From Felis catus (Eukaryota), in NCBI RefSeq assembly GCF_018350175.1, contig NC_058368.1:177942001-178006000 (forward strand): 64,000 nt of DNA, in the 5' to 3' direction. Of the stretch, positions 52,306 through 64,000 are shown in pieces (within the stretch, counting starts at the first letter, position 1; each line of letters starts with the position of its first letter). The translations under genes and the position numbers were made by a program. The notes under the pieces were generated by a model that saw nothing but the letters and a program-made list of their open reading frames with translations, was not told the origin of the DNA and ran no database searches.

Positions 52306-52495
52306 CAGTGGTTCTCAAACTTAAGGGAGCATCAGAATCACCTGAAGACTTTGTTACAGTACAGACTGCTGGGTCTGCCCCCAGAGCTTTGGATTTGGCA
52401 GGTCAGGTACACTAGGGCTCTAGAATTTGCATTTCCAACAAGTTTCCAAGTAGACTAATGTTGCTGATTTAGGGCCTCAGTTGGAGACCCATCTG
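52306..52495. mobile_element. MER5A-like hAT-Charlie MITE
   Basis: cagtggttctcaaactt...gcatcagaatcacctg...agaatttgcatttccaacaagtttcc; 190 bp. Confidence 0.88.
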
Positions 52496-53307
52496 TAATT
52501 CAGTATTTCTAACCTTTAAAATACAGTACCAATCTCTTCTGATGAACATAAAAATCTTACCTCCCGTCTTCTGTTCTGACATTTTTTTCCTACTCTCCTT
52601 TACCCTCCGAGGAAAAAAACCTGTTTTAACTCCTCTTCAGAATCACTGTTTTTAACTGTTCTTTGTAATTAGTTTGTAAGCAGTTAAGAGGTAGTATTCT
52701 AATTTTCCTGTAATTATGAAGCTTACAACTTACTTTCACATATATTTATTTAGTTAGTATTCATAATTCTAATAAGTATTCTGGTTGTGTTTATGTTTTA
52801 AGGTAGTACTAGTATTCATATCTTGATAAATTATAAAATGTTTCTCCTGCTCTTTTCTGGTGACCCATTCTTTTTTTTTCTATTTGAATTATTGGATTTT
52901 TTTGATAAAATATACAACATATCTGATGTTGGTATAACATGCTGATACAATTTATTAACAAAAAAAGCATTTTATGAATATTATGGTTTTTATTTTACTG
53001 ACAAAGAAAGCAAAGTTAGAGAGGCTTAATGTCACAGACCAAGTTAATAGCCAGTGTAATAGCCAGAGGGGACACACAAATTCAACATAAGCATCAAAAG
53101 CTTATGGACAGAAAAATAGAGATTTTGAACCAATTATAGATTTGATTAGGTCATAAGTCACCACTTTTGTCTTTTTCTAGAGAGGCGTCATATTCAGACT
53201 GTCTAGTTTTAATTCCCAGTTCTGCCTGGCCATATGAACTTAGATTATGTGCTGATACTACAATCACTGTAAATATCTGCTCCAAAGACAAAATGCTTGC
53301 AAATTCT

Positions 53308-53310
53308 ACA

Positions 53311-53345
<35 letters not shown>
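53308..53345 (+). repeat. (CA)n microsatellite
   Basis: Directly visible. Confidence 0.95.
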
Positions 53346-53519
53346 CAATCTGTGATATCCACTGGTTTCCAAAATAGATCAGGAATTACATTAGATATTC
53401 TACATCTACATAGATACTATACATGAAATTCTTTCAAGGAGAACTTTACCATTACATTAAATTCATAGACAGATAATTTTTTAAAACAATTAGTCCAATC
53501 TTGTTATTCTTATCGATAA

Positions 53520-53760
53520 CAGCAGCTTTTTTTAAAAGTATCTACACTGTATTAAATTCTATGCTAGGCACTTGTTATATATTTTACTTAATCCTCACAA
53601 TTATCTGTAAAAAAGCATCTCCCCTGTTGATGGGTGAGGAAACTGATACTCAGAAAAGTTAACGGACTTGCCAAGGGTAATAAGAGATAGAAGGAGGACC
53701 ACAGAACAGGCTTGAGATCTACTGGATCAAAAGCCCAAGCTACTTCCCATTACAACACTG
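53520..53760 (-). mobile_element. MIR
   Basis: ttaatcctcacaa...gatgggtgaggaaactgatactcagaaaagttaacggacttgccaagg. Confidence 0.8.
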
Positions 53761-53769
53761 CATCTAAAT

Positions 53770-56440
53770 AAATGAATTTTTGCTTAACTGGATTGTTTGA
53801 TAACAACCTTATTTGAGGGAAGAAAAAAAATTCACAAGCCAAGTTTCTAAAATATGCATCTTCTATTTCTCTAACATTGCCTGCCCCCCCCACAAAAAAA
53901 GATGACTACCTTTATGAGTTCTACCTTGGATTGCTCTTTAAAAATTCAAAATAAATAATCATCCTTATCTGCTTACAACACATGACAGAAGTTATATGCA
54001 GTTCTCATTATGATGCTTTCTTAAACTCTAACTGCTAAACTTAAATGAGAGGCATTTGGTACAATCTGAAAAATATTCAGTTCAATTAAAAGTAATTGAT
54101 GCATGGTGAAATAATTCTTCCCAAAGCTGCTGTAAAATCTTCAAAAAAATAAAGCTACTTAATAATTTTCATCTCCTACAGGCTAGAGAGAAGCATTATT
54201 GCATATTAAAAATTGGAGTGTAGTTTTCCCAGAGGTAAAAGAAAGTTATTAAAACAACCTATTTATTGTTGATATAACTATCCATTTGTGCCACACAAAA
54301 AGTAACAAATTTCAGTACATTAAAAGAAAAGCTAATTAAGGTATAATTAGTATTTTCTGTATTTTGATAATTAGGGGTTAGTTGGCTATTCCTTTTCAAA
54401 TTTCTATTTGATGCACCCCGACAATGCCTTTAATGAGCAACTAACGCTATTGAATCCCTCATGGCAGAGGAGTTTAGTGACCACTACTACATTACTTTCA
54501 TTTATCACTGCCTCTTTACCTATAAATTAATCTAGCCCTGTAGCTATGTTGATCTACTTTATATCAATTTCTTCATCCATATCAGCTGAATATGTATGGC
54601 ATTAACCTCATTTGCTAGTTGAGAAAAGCAGAATTAAAATGAGATCTAATTTCTTGTGCACAGCACAATTTCAAAACTGCCTGCTAATTTCCACCACCTG
54701 TCAGTGTGAAGAGCCTTTACTTTCTTGTAATTAAATAAAACAGTATATTTTTTTAGCAGCTCTGAAAAATGCTAATCTTTCAAAAGTGTTCAGTGATCAT
54801 TAATCATTAGGACAGTAAAGGAGTCTTGTTCAGATTGCTCATTTATCCTTTGTTTAAGCTAAAACAAAATGGTTTTTTTTGGCCTTTTCACAAGAAAGAA
54901 AATAATAAATGTACCAGGTGGAATATAAACATTAACTACTATAATCTATGCTACTAAAGTTTCTATTTATCTGGTTTACTGCCACATGGTGGTAAGAAGC
55001 TTAACATTACATAACCTGAAGCTAGCTCGTTTGATAAAATAAGCAGAAATATAATAAGCACACAATATTCTCTGAAATCAGTAGAAGTCTAATAAATGCA
55101 GATTGCATTCATCTATGTGTAGTAGAACCTAAATTTATAAGACTTAGAATATAATTGGAGAATAATTTTTGACAACACATTTAAACAAATTCATTCAATA
55201 AACTGCCTACTATGCTAAGCATTAAGCTTTTGAACTTGGGCAGTGCCATTCAGACTTAGACAAACATAGTTAAGCACTTTTAATAGACTTTACTGGATTT
55301 CCCAAATATATATAACATAACCAATAGGGAAAACCAAAAAATATCTTAAAGAACCATGAAGAAAATACTGCCTGTCGTTTTAACATTAAAGACAGCAAAT
55401 TAGTATTTTATTACATTTCTTTTGTCTTTTCCCTATTATCTTCATTTTTACTGTTTTACATCATTATAATCATACATGTTTGTGTAAGTTAATAAATAGC
55501 ATACAATTCTGGCTAACCATGTATATTTTTCAGTAAGCCTACCTGATTAATTTTCTTCATAGTTATTAGATTAGAACATCAATTAGCAACGCACAGTATA
55601 TATTTGGAAAAGAAAAATATAAATACGCACATAAATATATTAGTAAAATGTTTACCTACTTAGTACTAGGCTTGCTCTCAGGCTAAACACCTCTATTCTT
55701 CAAATACTAATGTGCCTTGGAAATAATATCCCATGTTTACTTTCTCATACTTATCCTACCAAAAAAAGTATAATGTGTTAGTACATAAAGGATTAATTAA
55801 TATAAAAAACGTTTAAAGAGTTATTTAAGTAAATAATGAAAAATGAAATGATCCATAATATTCCTCATTCAGTTCTTTAGGAAACATTTAATGCTATAGG
55901 ATAACTATATCTTCAAGTCTTAAACTCCTGGAAACATTTCAACCATCTTTATTCAAATTCTAGCTAAAAAGATCATTCTGATCATTCCAGTTGATCATCA
56001 TAATATATAACAGGTGTTATATACACATTGAAGCAAAAAAGAAACAAAGAGTTGGATTATTTACAAATACTGGGGTTTCTATGGCAAAAGTAGGATGGAT
56101 CCTATCTCACCTGAATTCCCTTCAAGCAAGCTACTTAAAGCAGTTATGAACAGAAGAAAGAAAATACTTCTAGGAATACAAAAGGAGGTTCTCATCAATA
56201 ACTATTTTGACACTAAATAAAACCAATTTTAGCACGAGCATCACAGGTGAACACATTTCAGAAGATTTGCATATGCCTCTAACATTGAGATGCCAAAGTC
56301 AGTGAAATATTTTCACATACAAGCTTCTTTTAAGCAACTCAAATATTTTTAAGATAGCCTATTCTACCCCAAGACTCCAGGAACTAAGTTCCCTATCTCC
56401 ACTTCACAAACTGGCCAATGATGTATTTGGCAGATTATCT
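53770..56440. other. Repeat-poor block, candidate conserved non-coding element (core ~54330-54860)
   Basis: No transposon signature; clustered homeodomain, SOX and TALE/E-box-like motifs. Confidence 0.5.
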
Positions 56441-56465
56441 GAATTTTTAAAAATGACCGTCATGA

Positions 56466-56688
56466 GGGGCGCCTGGGTGGCGCAGTCGGTTGAGCGTCCG
56501 ACTTCAGCCAGGTCACGATCTCGCGGTCCGTGAGTTCGAGCCCCGCGTCGGGCTCTGGGCTGATGGCTCGGAGCCTGGAGCCTGTTTCCGATTCTGTGTC
56601 TCCCTCTCTCTCTGCCCCTCCCCCGTTCATGCTCTGTCTCTCTCTGTCCCAAAAATAAATAAAAACGTTGAAAAAAAAATTAAAAAAA
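56466..56688 (+). mobile_element. Young SINEC_Fc-type CanSINE
   Basis: CpG-intact; 17-bp TSD aaaaatgacc(g/a)tcatga at 56449-56465 and 56689-56705. Confidence 0.97.
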
Positions 56689-57021
56689 AAAAATGACCAT
56701 CATGATCCCAGTAGCAAGATCTACCAAAGAAATGTAGTCATTGTGTACATATGTATAAATCAAGAACTGTGGACATAATTCAAATTATAGAAAATGATTA
56801 TTTTGTATGCCTCATGTTTTGATTCGTGGGGGAAGATTGTCCTGTGCGTAATATGTACAAGATACAATGACCATTAAAAAAAACTACAGACCAAAGAGGG
56901 GAGAAAATTGATTTCCGTAAAACTTAAAAACTACAACCTCTTTAAATTGAGTGTTTTTTCAGGGCTGAAAATTTTTCAAGAAGACACCTTAGTCACATAC
57001 CACATGACACTTCACTTATCG

Positions 57022-57164
57022 TTTTTTTAAGTTTTTATTTTAATTCTAGTACAGCTAACATACAGAGTTATGTTAGTTTCAGGTGTACAATATAGTGATT
57101 CAACAATTCCATACCTCACCCTGTGCTCGTTATAACAAGTTCCCTCCTTAATCCCTATCACCTA
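57022..57164 (-). mobile_element. Short carnivore L1 3' end
   Basis: ttagtttcaggtgtacaatatagtgattcaacaattccatac; flanks cttca(c/t)ttat. Confidence 0.85.
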
Positions 57165-59187
57165 CTTCATTTATTATTATTACAGCAGTTTCTTAGAATC
57201 ATTAGGAAAATTTCAAACATTCGAAGATAAGCCAGATAAATATATACCTGAGGCAGAAAACTTATGAAATCACCACCAGAAGAAATCATTAACTTCTACC
57301 TTACTTTTCAAAAATTAATGAAGAGAACAATCCAAAAAATGTCATTCATAATCTATGAACGCACATGGAGCATTACTTTGCATTTTGTCCACAGATGTCA
57401 AATTCTGTAAGTGCTTTGGAATTTATAATCATAAAAATAAATGGAAAAAAGAAAAATATAGGTTAAAAATACTCTGTAAATTAGTATGCACTTTATCAAG
57501 TAATCATAAAGAACCATTATTTTTTTTATTCTTCCAGGGTCTAGCATAGTGTTTGGCACAAGAGAGACAGTTAAGTGTTCAACAAATGTACAAAGAATTA
57601 CTGAATTACAGATAATTCACACAAGATTTGAAACCAAACAATGGAATATTTGATGTGACAAACAATAATAAGTCAGTTAAAAATATACAAACCAGTTAAA
57701 AAATCTAAACCCACAGTTCTCCAATGTAAATCCTGTATTTCTCCAATTTACACCATAATTTCAATTATTAGTGGCTGCTAAAATTTTAACTTTATGTTTT
57801 CCTGCTCCAAACTTCCTTGTCTCATACCTCATGCTCTTGAATCAACACTTAAATCCACTTAGGGAGTTCATACTTAAAAGTGGTAACTTGGCAAATCCAT
57901 TTACAAAGCCGAAACAGTTTTAAAAGAAAATAATTACACCTTTAGTCTGCATTAGACCTTTAGTCTGTTTTGTTCAATTTTCTATTTAGCAGGGGCACAG
58001 AAGGTGTTGGATTTCTTAATAGTTAATAAATATTATTATGTAAGATGAACTAAGTGGGGAATAGTGCAGAGAAATTACCTTTAAAAAAGACCTATCTGAA
58101 TACTGATGTATTATATGCAATACATATGTATTAGATGTATTACATGACAATTAAAAGAATAAATCTCTAAGCAATAAAACAATCCAGGTGGATAAGCACC
58201 AACATGGCCTATAACCATTCTCTAAGAAGGAAAATCTAACTCTAATGACACTATCACAAAGACATTTACATAGTACATTTACAGAGTAAATGTGGAAGCT
58301 ACCCAGAACTGAAGTTTTAAAAAACTTAAACCATTTAATAGAAAATCCCCAAAATCATCTTATCATTGTTTTCTAACATTCAAACTTCAAAAGAAATCTT
58401 AACTTCCGAACGTACTTTTTCCCTATAAACTGCATGACACACTTGTTACACTAAAATATTTTTAAATGTCTAAATGTTTATTGTTTAAAATGTTTTAAAG
58501 CTGCTACTTATTTTTCACCAAAGTAAAAATTCTGTGCACCAAAGTTTTCTTGTGATTGAATTTCTTAAATGCTTTTCCCTAAAATTTAGTGTTATGAAAT
58601 ACAAATACATGTATTTTGACAACAACTGAAATACATCCAAGTAGCTGGAAAAGCAGCAAGTAGATTATTTCAACCTTGGATTGCATTTACAGCAGTCCAT
58701 TGAAGTTACTGTTACAATGTGTTTTTTTGTTTCCTTATTCAAGCGCTTTCCTACTCAATTTACCAGTAACTGTTGGTAACATTCTGTGCAGGAGGATCTA
58801 ACAATTGTAGGGAGAGAATGCCATCTGCTGCTTCATGTGTGTACTCAACAGGAAGAAATAAGCTAGACAACAGGTAGATTAATTACATAAAACAATTTAG
58901 AAATGCATATACAAAGCTGACACGTAAAAGTTTAAATATTCCCATTTCTATCTTTGATAACTTGAAAATTCATCGATGGGCATTTACTGTCTTAACGCAA
59001 ATTCTAAGTTATTCCACAGAATTATAAGGATACGGTGTGCTTATATGTCACTAGTTCATTATGCTTAAACATAGCTCTTACTCAGGTAGAGAGCCAAAAG
59101 CAAAAGATCATTTGCCAGGGCTTAACAAGTTATTTCTCACTTGTGAAATACTGCAATATCCTATTTGTAAACATGTGACTTATACAC

Positions 59188-59321
59188 AAAGTGACCATAT
59201 AACTTGTCATCTAAACAGGGACACTTCTGAGAATTTAAAGTGGGGCAATCAACTATCATATTATGCCAGGACAAACGTGAACCGGGACTATCCTAGGCAA
59301 ATCTGGATGTATGGTCATCCT
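59188..59321. mobile_element. hAT-Blackjack MITE (MER94-like)
   Basis: TIRs gtgaccata.../...tatggtcatcct, internal ccgggac repeats, ~134 bp. Confidence 0.85.
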
Positions 59322-59804
59322 ACTTATAAATTACTATGATGCCTTCACTCCCTCTGTCTTAATAACCTTCCCAATGTCTCAAGAACCTTCCTAAAAAGCA
59401 ATTTGGAAACTTTTAGGAAATAGCTAGATTCAGGAGGATAGAGAAGAGAAAAAATTGGGGGGTGGGGGTGGGGAAAAACAACATGGGAGTGCACTCCCAA
59501 CCATATGGTACCCAGATCTAGGTAGCTACTTCAACACAGCTGATTTTTTACTCACTCAACTTTGTTATACCATTTGGAACTGTTTGGCACTAATAAATAT
59601 TTTTAGAAAGGCAAATCCTTTCTAGAATTCATTCCATACATTAATGAATTCTTTCTTTTTGACATATGGCATATGCTAGGTGTTTGGAAATAAAGAAAAC
59701 TTGTGTTTATGTGTGTGTGTTGCAGTATGCAGTGTGGTGATGGAGAAAAGAGAGATACAGACCATTTGATAGGAGGAAATCCCCCAGGTGGTGACTGACC
59801 AGAT

Positions 59805-60875
59805 CAAGCTTCCAAATACATTCAACGTGCCAGCATAACAGATACCAAAACCAGGCAGAGACACCATAAAAGAAGAAAACTATAAACCAATATTCCTGAT
59901 GAATACTGATACCAAAATCCTCAACAAAATATTAACAAACAACATTCAACAATCCATTAAAAAGATCATTCACTACAATCAAGTGGGATTTATTTCAGGG
60001 ATGCAAGGATGGTTCAATATTCTCAAATCAATCAACATGATACATGTCAACAAAATGAAGGATAAAAATCATACGATCTTCTGACTAGATGCAGAAAAAG
60101 CATTTGACAAAATACAACATCTGTTCATGATAAAAACTCTCAAAAAATGGGTTTACAGGACACATACCTCAACATAATAAAGACCATGTATTTAAAACCC
60201 ACAGCTAACATCATACTCAATGCTAGAAAACTGAGCTTTTCCTCTAAGATCAGAAATAAGACACAGATGTCCACTTTTGTCACTTTTATTCAAAATAGTA
60301 CTGCAAGTCCTATCCACGTCAATCACACAAGAAAAAGAAATAAGAGGCATCCATACTGGTAAAGAAGAAGTTAAGCTGTTACTACTTGCAGATGATACAT
60401 TATATATAGAAAATCCTAAAGACTCCATCAAAAAACTACTAGAAGTAATAAATTAATTTGGTAAAGTTTCAGGATATTAATTAACACCTAGAAATTGGTA
60501 GCATTTGTGTATACTTAGACCAAAGTAGCAGAAAGAGAAATTAAGAAAATTCCATTTACAGCTGCACCAAAAAGAATAAAATACTTAGGAATAAACTTAA
60601 CTAAGGAGGTGAAAGAATTGCACTCTGAAATCTACAAAACACTGACGAAAGAAACTGAAGATGACACAAACAAATGGAAAAAAAAATCCCATGCTCATGG
60701 ACTGGAAGAATTAATACTGTTAAAATGTCAATACTACCCAAAGCAATCTACAGATTCAATGCAATCTTTATTAAAATACCAACAGCTTTTTTCATAGAAC
60801 TACAAATAATGCTAAAATTTGTATGGAAACATAAGAGTCCAAATAGCCAAAGCAATCTTGAGAAAGAAAAACAAG
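59805..60875 (+). mobile_element. Degenerate L1 ORF2 (RT domain) fragment
   Basis: [26 protein letters not shown] and [11 protein letters not shown] motifs split by frameshifts and stops. Confidence 0.92.
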
Positions 60876-61225
60876 AATGTCAAAACCAGGAGTAAAGAAA
60901 GGAAGAGCACAATTTTAAGACTTTCAAATTTTAAATCCTAACGGGGGAAAGAAACTTGCTTTTTCCTCAATTTCTGGTAAATTCAGGCAAGTTCTATTAA
61001 TATTATGGCTTATCAGTGTCATTGATTAAATATTTCTTTGTGGATCTATTTTCAAAGGAAAATACATTCCAAGATCTAAACAACCACAAGTTAACTAACA
61101 TTTGGCATTTCACTTATTAGTAAGATTCTGTAACCAGCCAAAGCAAAACTGATGTTTATGATAGGGTTGGCTGGAGTAAATAAAGGGATTTAAGAACAAA
61201 GTTTAAAACTTCTAACCTTTGGTAA

Positions 61226-61227
<2 letters not shown>

Positions 61228-61281
<54 letters not shown>

Positions 61282-61298
61282 GTGTGTATGTGTGTGTA
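61228..61298 (+). repeat. (TG)n microsatellite
   Basis: Directly visible. Confidence 0.97.
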
Positions 61299-61317
61299 TT
61301 TAAAAAGGGTTCTTCCT

Positions 61318-61525
61318 GAGGTACCTGGGTTGCTCAGTCAGTTAAGCATCCAGCTCATTTCAGCTCAGGTCACAATCTCACAGTTTGAGTTTGAGCCCTC
61401 CTGCATCAAGCTCCACGCTGACAGTGTGGAGCCTGCTTGGGATTCTCTCTCTCCTTCTCTCTCTGCTTCTCCCCTGCTCACTCTCTGTCTCTCTCTCTCA
61501 AAATAAATAAATAAGCTTAAAAAAA
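61318..61525 (+). mobile_element. CanSINE
   Basis: Head gaggtacctgggttgctcagtcagttaagc, (CT)n, A-tail. Confidence 0.93.
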
Positions 61526-61635
61526 GGGGGGGAGGTTTCCTTATCTAATTTTAATTGGATTAAAAATTAAAATAGATGAGTTTTGATCTAATAAATGAAC
61601 AGGTTATCAAATTTAAAAATGTAAATGTAACATTT

Positions 61636-61870
61636 GGGGCACCTGGGTGGTTCAGTCAGTTAAGCATCCGACTTTGGCTCAGGTTGTGATCTCATGGTCC
61701 GTGGGTTCCAGCCCCGCATCAGGCTCTGTGCTGACAGCTCAGAGCCTGGAGCCTGCTTCGAATTCTGTGTCTCCCTCTCTCCCTGCCCCTCCCCCGCTCA
61801 CACTCTGTCTCTCTCTCTCTCTAAACAATAAATAAAAAAAAAATTAACAACAAAACAAAACAAAGGAAGC
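61636..61870 (+). mobile_element. CanSINE
   Basis: TSD atgtaa(c/t)attt at 61625-61635 and 61871-61881. Confidence 0.95.
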
Positions 61871-62639
61871 ATGTAATATTTACCACAGAACTGATGTATA
61901 CAAAAATAAAAAATACAGCAAAAATTCTGACATACTCTAAGATAGACTCTATTATATTTCCAAGAGTTTTAATGTTTTAAATTATATCCTAATGTTTTAA
62001 ATGGGTGGTCTATTTACATACACAGTTAAACTATTAACTATACTTTTAATTGGTACATTTTATTCCAAGAGCATGCTTATGCTGGATTACTGTGATTATA
62101 CTGTTACTGAACTCCAGAATATTTACGTATCTCAGAAACAGTCCACATCGCTGGACGACAAACTGGTCAACCTGAGTTTGCTAGATCTCCCTGACTAGAC
62201 TCGTGCTGCTCTAGATACAAGGTAGGCTGCCTACTGTCATGCATCTCCTTTCCCAGACGTCTCACTCTTAACAAGCCCCTTCCATACATCGACTATGTGT
62301 TCATTAATTCAACAAATATTTACTAAGAATTTACTAATGTTAGGCTCTGTAATGGTCGCCGAAGAGGCAGTGAACCCCAGTTAACCTGATTGATTTGTGT
62401 TTCTTCCAGCGTGGAACCCTTGAGGCTTTGCTCCTGCTTCCTAGAATGTGCATCTCGCTTTCCTTCCTTTCCCGTGGCTTCTACGACTTCTTGTGAATTC
62501 CATTCAGGAATTCCATCTGCCAGAAGCCTTCTTTGATTCTCATTATCTGGGCTGATATCCTGCGCTCTGTGCTCTTATGACACCTTATGCTTACCATTAT
62601 CACAACACGCTACAGTATGATACTATATTTTCCAAATTA

Positions 62640-64000
62640 ATTTGTATTTCATTAAAATTATACATACACATCATTAAAAAAATCAAATAGTAATAATGAA
62701 AAGCTGCCATCCTCTGACATAACTCTCTCCACTCCTGATTCCAATACATGGTAAAACCCACTTTCAACATTTTTAGCTATTTCTTTTACTATTTTCATGC
62801 ATTCTTATAAATAACATGACAATACAGCTATTTCTTGAACAGCTATTTTTGAACTTCAAATATTATCCTTTGACTCCCTAACATATTTATGACCGTGGAC
62901 CCATTATTCACAAAAAGGCTACATAGTACTACGACTGGATTTCCTTTCCTGTACAAACATTTAGTCTGATTCACTTTTTATTTGCTTAAGTTTTCTATGT
63001 TTCTATGTACCATGAATCCAAATCTGTAAAACTCCTCTACTCCTCTCAATGTGATCCAACACGTCAATTAGGCAATCGATCTGTCAGTTACTTTAAAAAA
63101 TAAAAAGGAAAAAAACCCCAATGACCTCCCACCAGCACCAGTCTGAACTATCTGTGCTGGAGGCAATAGATGCCATCCTAGAGCTTCCTTCCTTGCCTCT
63201 TTCCTGTGTTGAATTCCTGATTCTCAGGTCCCATGCTTTCCTTCCTCTTTCTGGATTTACTCTCTTAATTTGATGGAACACAGCCTCCAGCAGCTTCCTG
63301 GTAAAGCATGTAAAAGAAGTAAAGTTTGAGGCGTTGTCTGTCTGAAGATGTCTTTATTCTAACTTCACACCCGTTTAACTCTGAATATAAAACTTCAAGT
63401 TGGAATTCATTCCCCCCCCCCCAAAAAATGAGAATGTTGTTCCACTGTCTTCCATTTCTAGTGTTGCAAATGGGAAAGACAATATAATTTCCATTCTTAA
63501 TCCACTGAATGTGACCTGTTTCATCTCTCTGAAAGCTTTCTTCTCTTTTATCCTCCTTGATGGTGTGAGTTTACAATGATGTGCCTGAATATAGATCTTC
63601 ATTCACTCCCTTTGTTGGACCCCTGCATAGTCCTTTTTTAATATACAATATCTTATCTCTCATTCCAATATGGAACCTCTTCTATTACAAAAAGTTTTCT
63701 AGTACTCATTCATATCCTCTTATTAGAACTCTTATTAATCCACTGTCGGACTGATTGTCCAATTTTCTTCTTTCTGTCTTCTATTGCCCATTTTTACTTT
63801 AACTTTTTGCGCGATATTTGCTACTTTATCTTCTAAATCGTCTACCAAGATTTTATGCTCTCATATCTTAAATTTCAAAGAGTTCTTACCTCTCTGAATT
63901 ATCTTCTTTATAGAATCCTGTTCTTATTTCATGGTTGCAATATTATTTTGCTTTGTTCCAATTTCTTATTTTCTGTTTATTTTTCTCTCTGATTTTCATA
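62640..64000 (-). mobile_element. Very old L1 (L1ME-like) fragments
   Basis: Antisense ORF1-like text, e.g. gtctgaagatgtctttattct and gtgacctgtttcatctctctgaaagctttc. Confidence 0.6.

Noticed and set aside
56105..56170. Possible 20/23-nt minus-strand microexon (aagtag acceptor, CAG|gtgaga donor)
   Set aside because: Not frame-preserving, tract interrupted, and such matches are expected by chance in 64 kb.

Overview
AT-rich mammalian genomic DNA from a cat-family (felid) genome. The evidence is about 30 tRNA-derived CanSINEs, including four young CpG-intact SINEC_Fc-type copies, plus carnivore L1 3' ends. The window reads as the inside of a long intron or a gene-poor interval. It holds nested, degenerate L1, L2, MIR, MaLR and hAT relics, separated by several kb-scale repeat-free blocks that look like conserved non-coding DNA. 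I found no complete protein-coding gene, and nearly all listed ORFs are SINE, L1 or microsatellite read-through. One strong isolated exon candidate lies on the minus strand (31713-31879), with a long pyrimidine tract, CAG|GTAAGT donor and an alternative donor 48 nt upstream; I cannot name its host gene. The most notable structures are: (i) an 835-bp TSD-flanked retro-insertion whose content is antisense L1 but which ends in AATAAA plus poly(A) on the + strand; (ii) an old ~550-bp duplication of 1.5-2.1 kb sitting inside an L1 at 16.7-17.2 kb; (iii) a twin-primed, 5'-inverted L1; (iv) repeated SINE insertions at one target site; (v) a 1-kb TA-rich palindromic array with an exact 143-bp internal duplication. 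I see no convincing evidence of a new multi-gene biological system. Repeat subfamily names and most boundaries are by-eye estimates.
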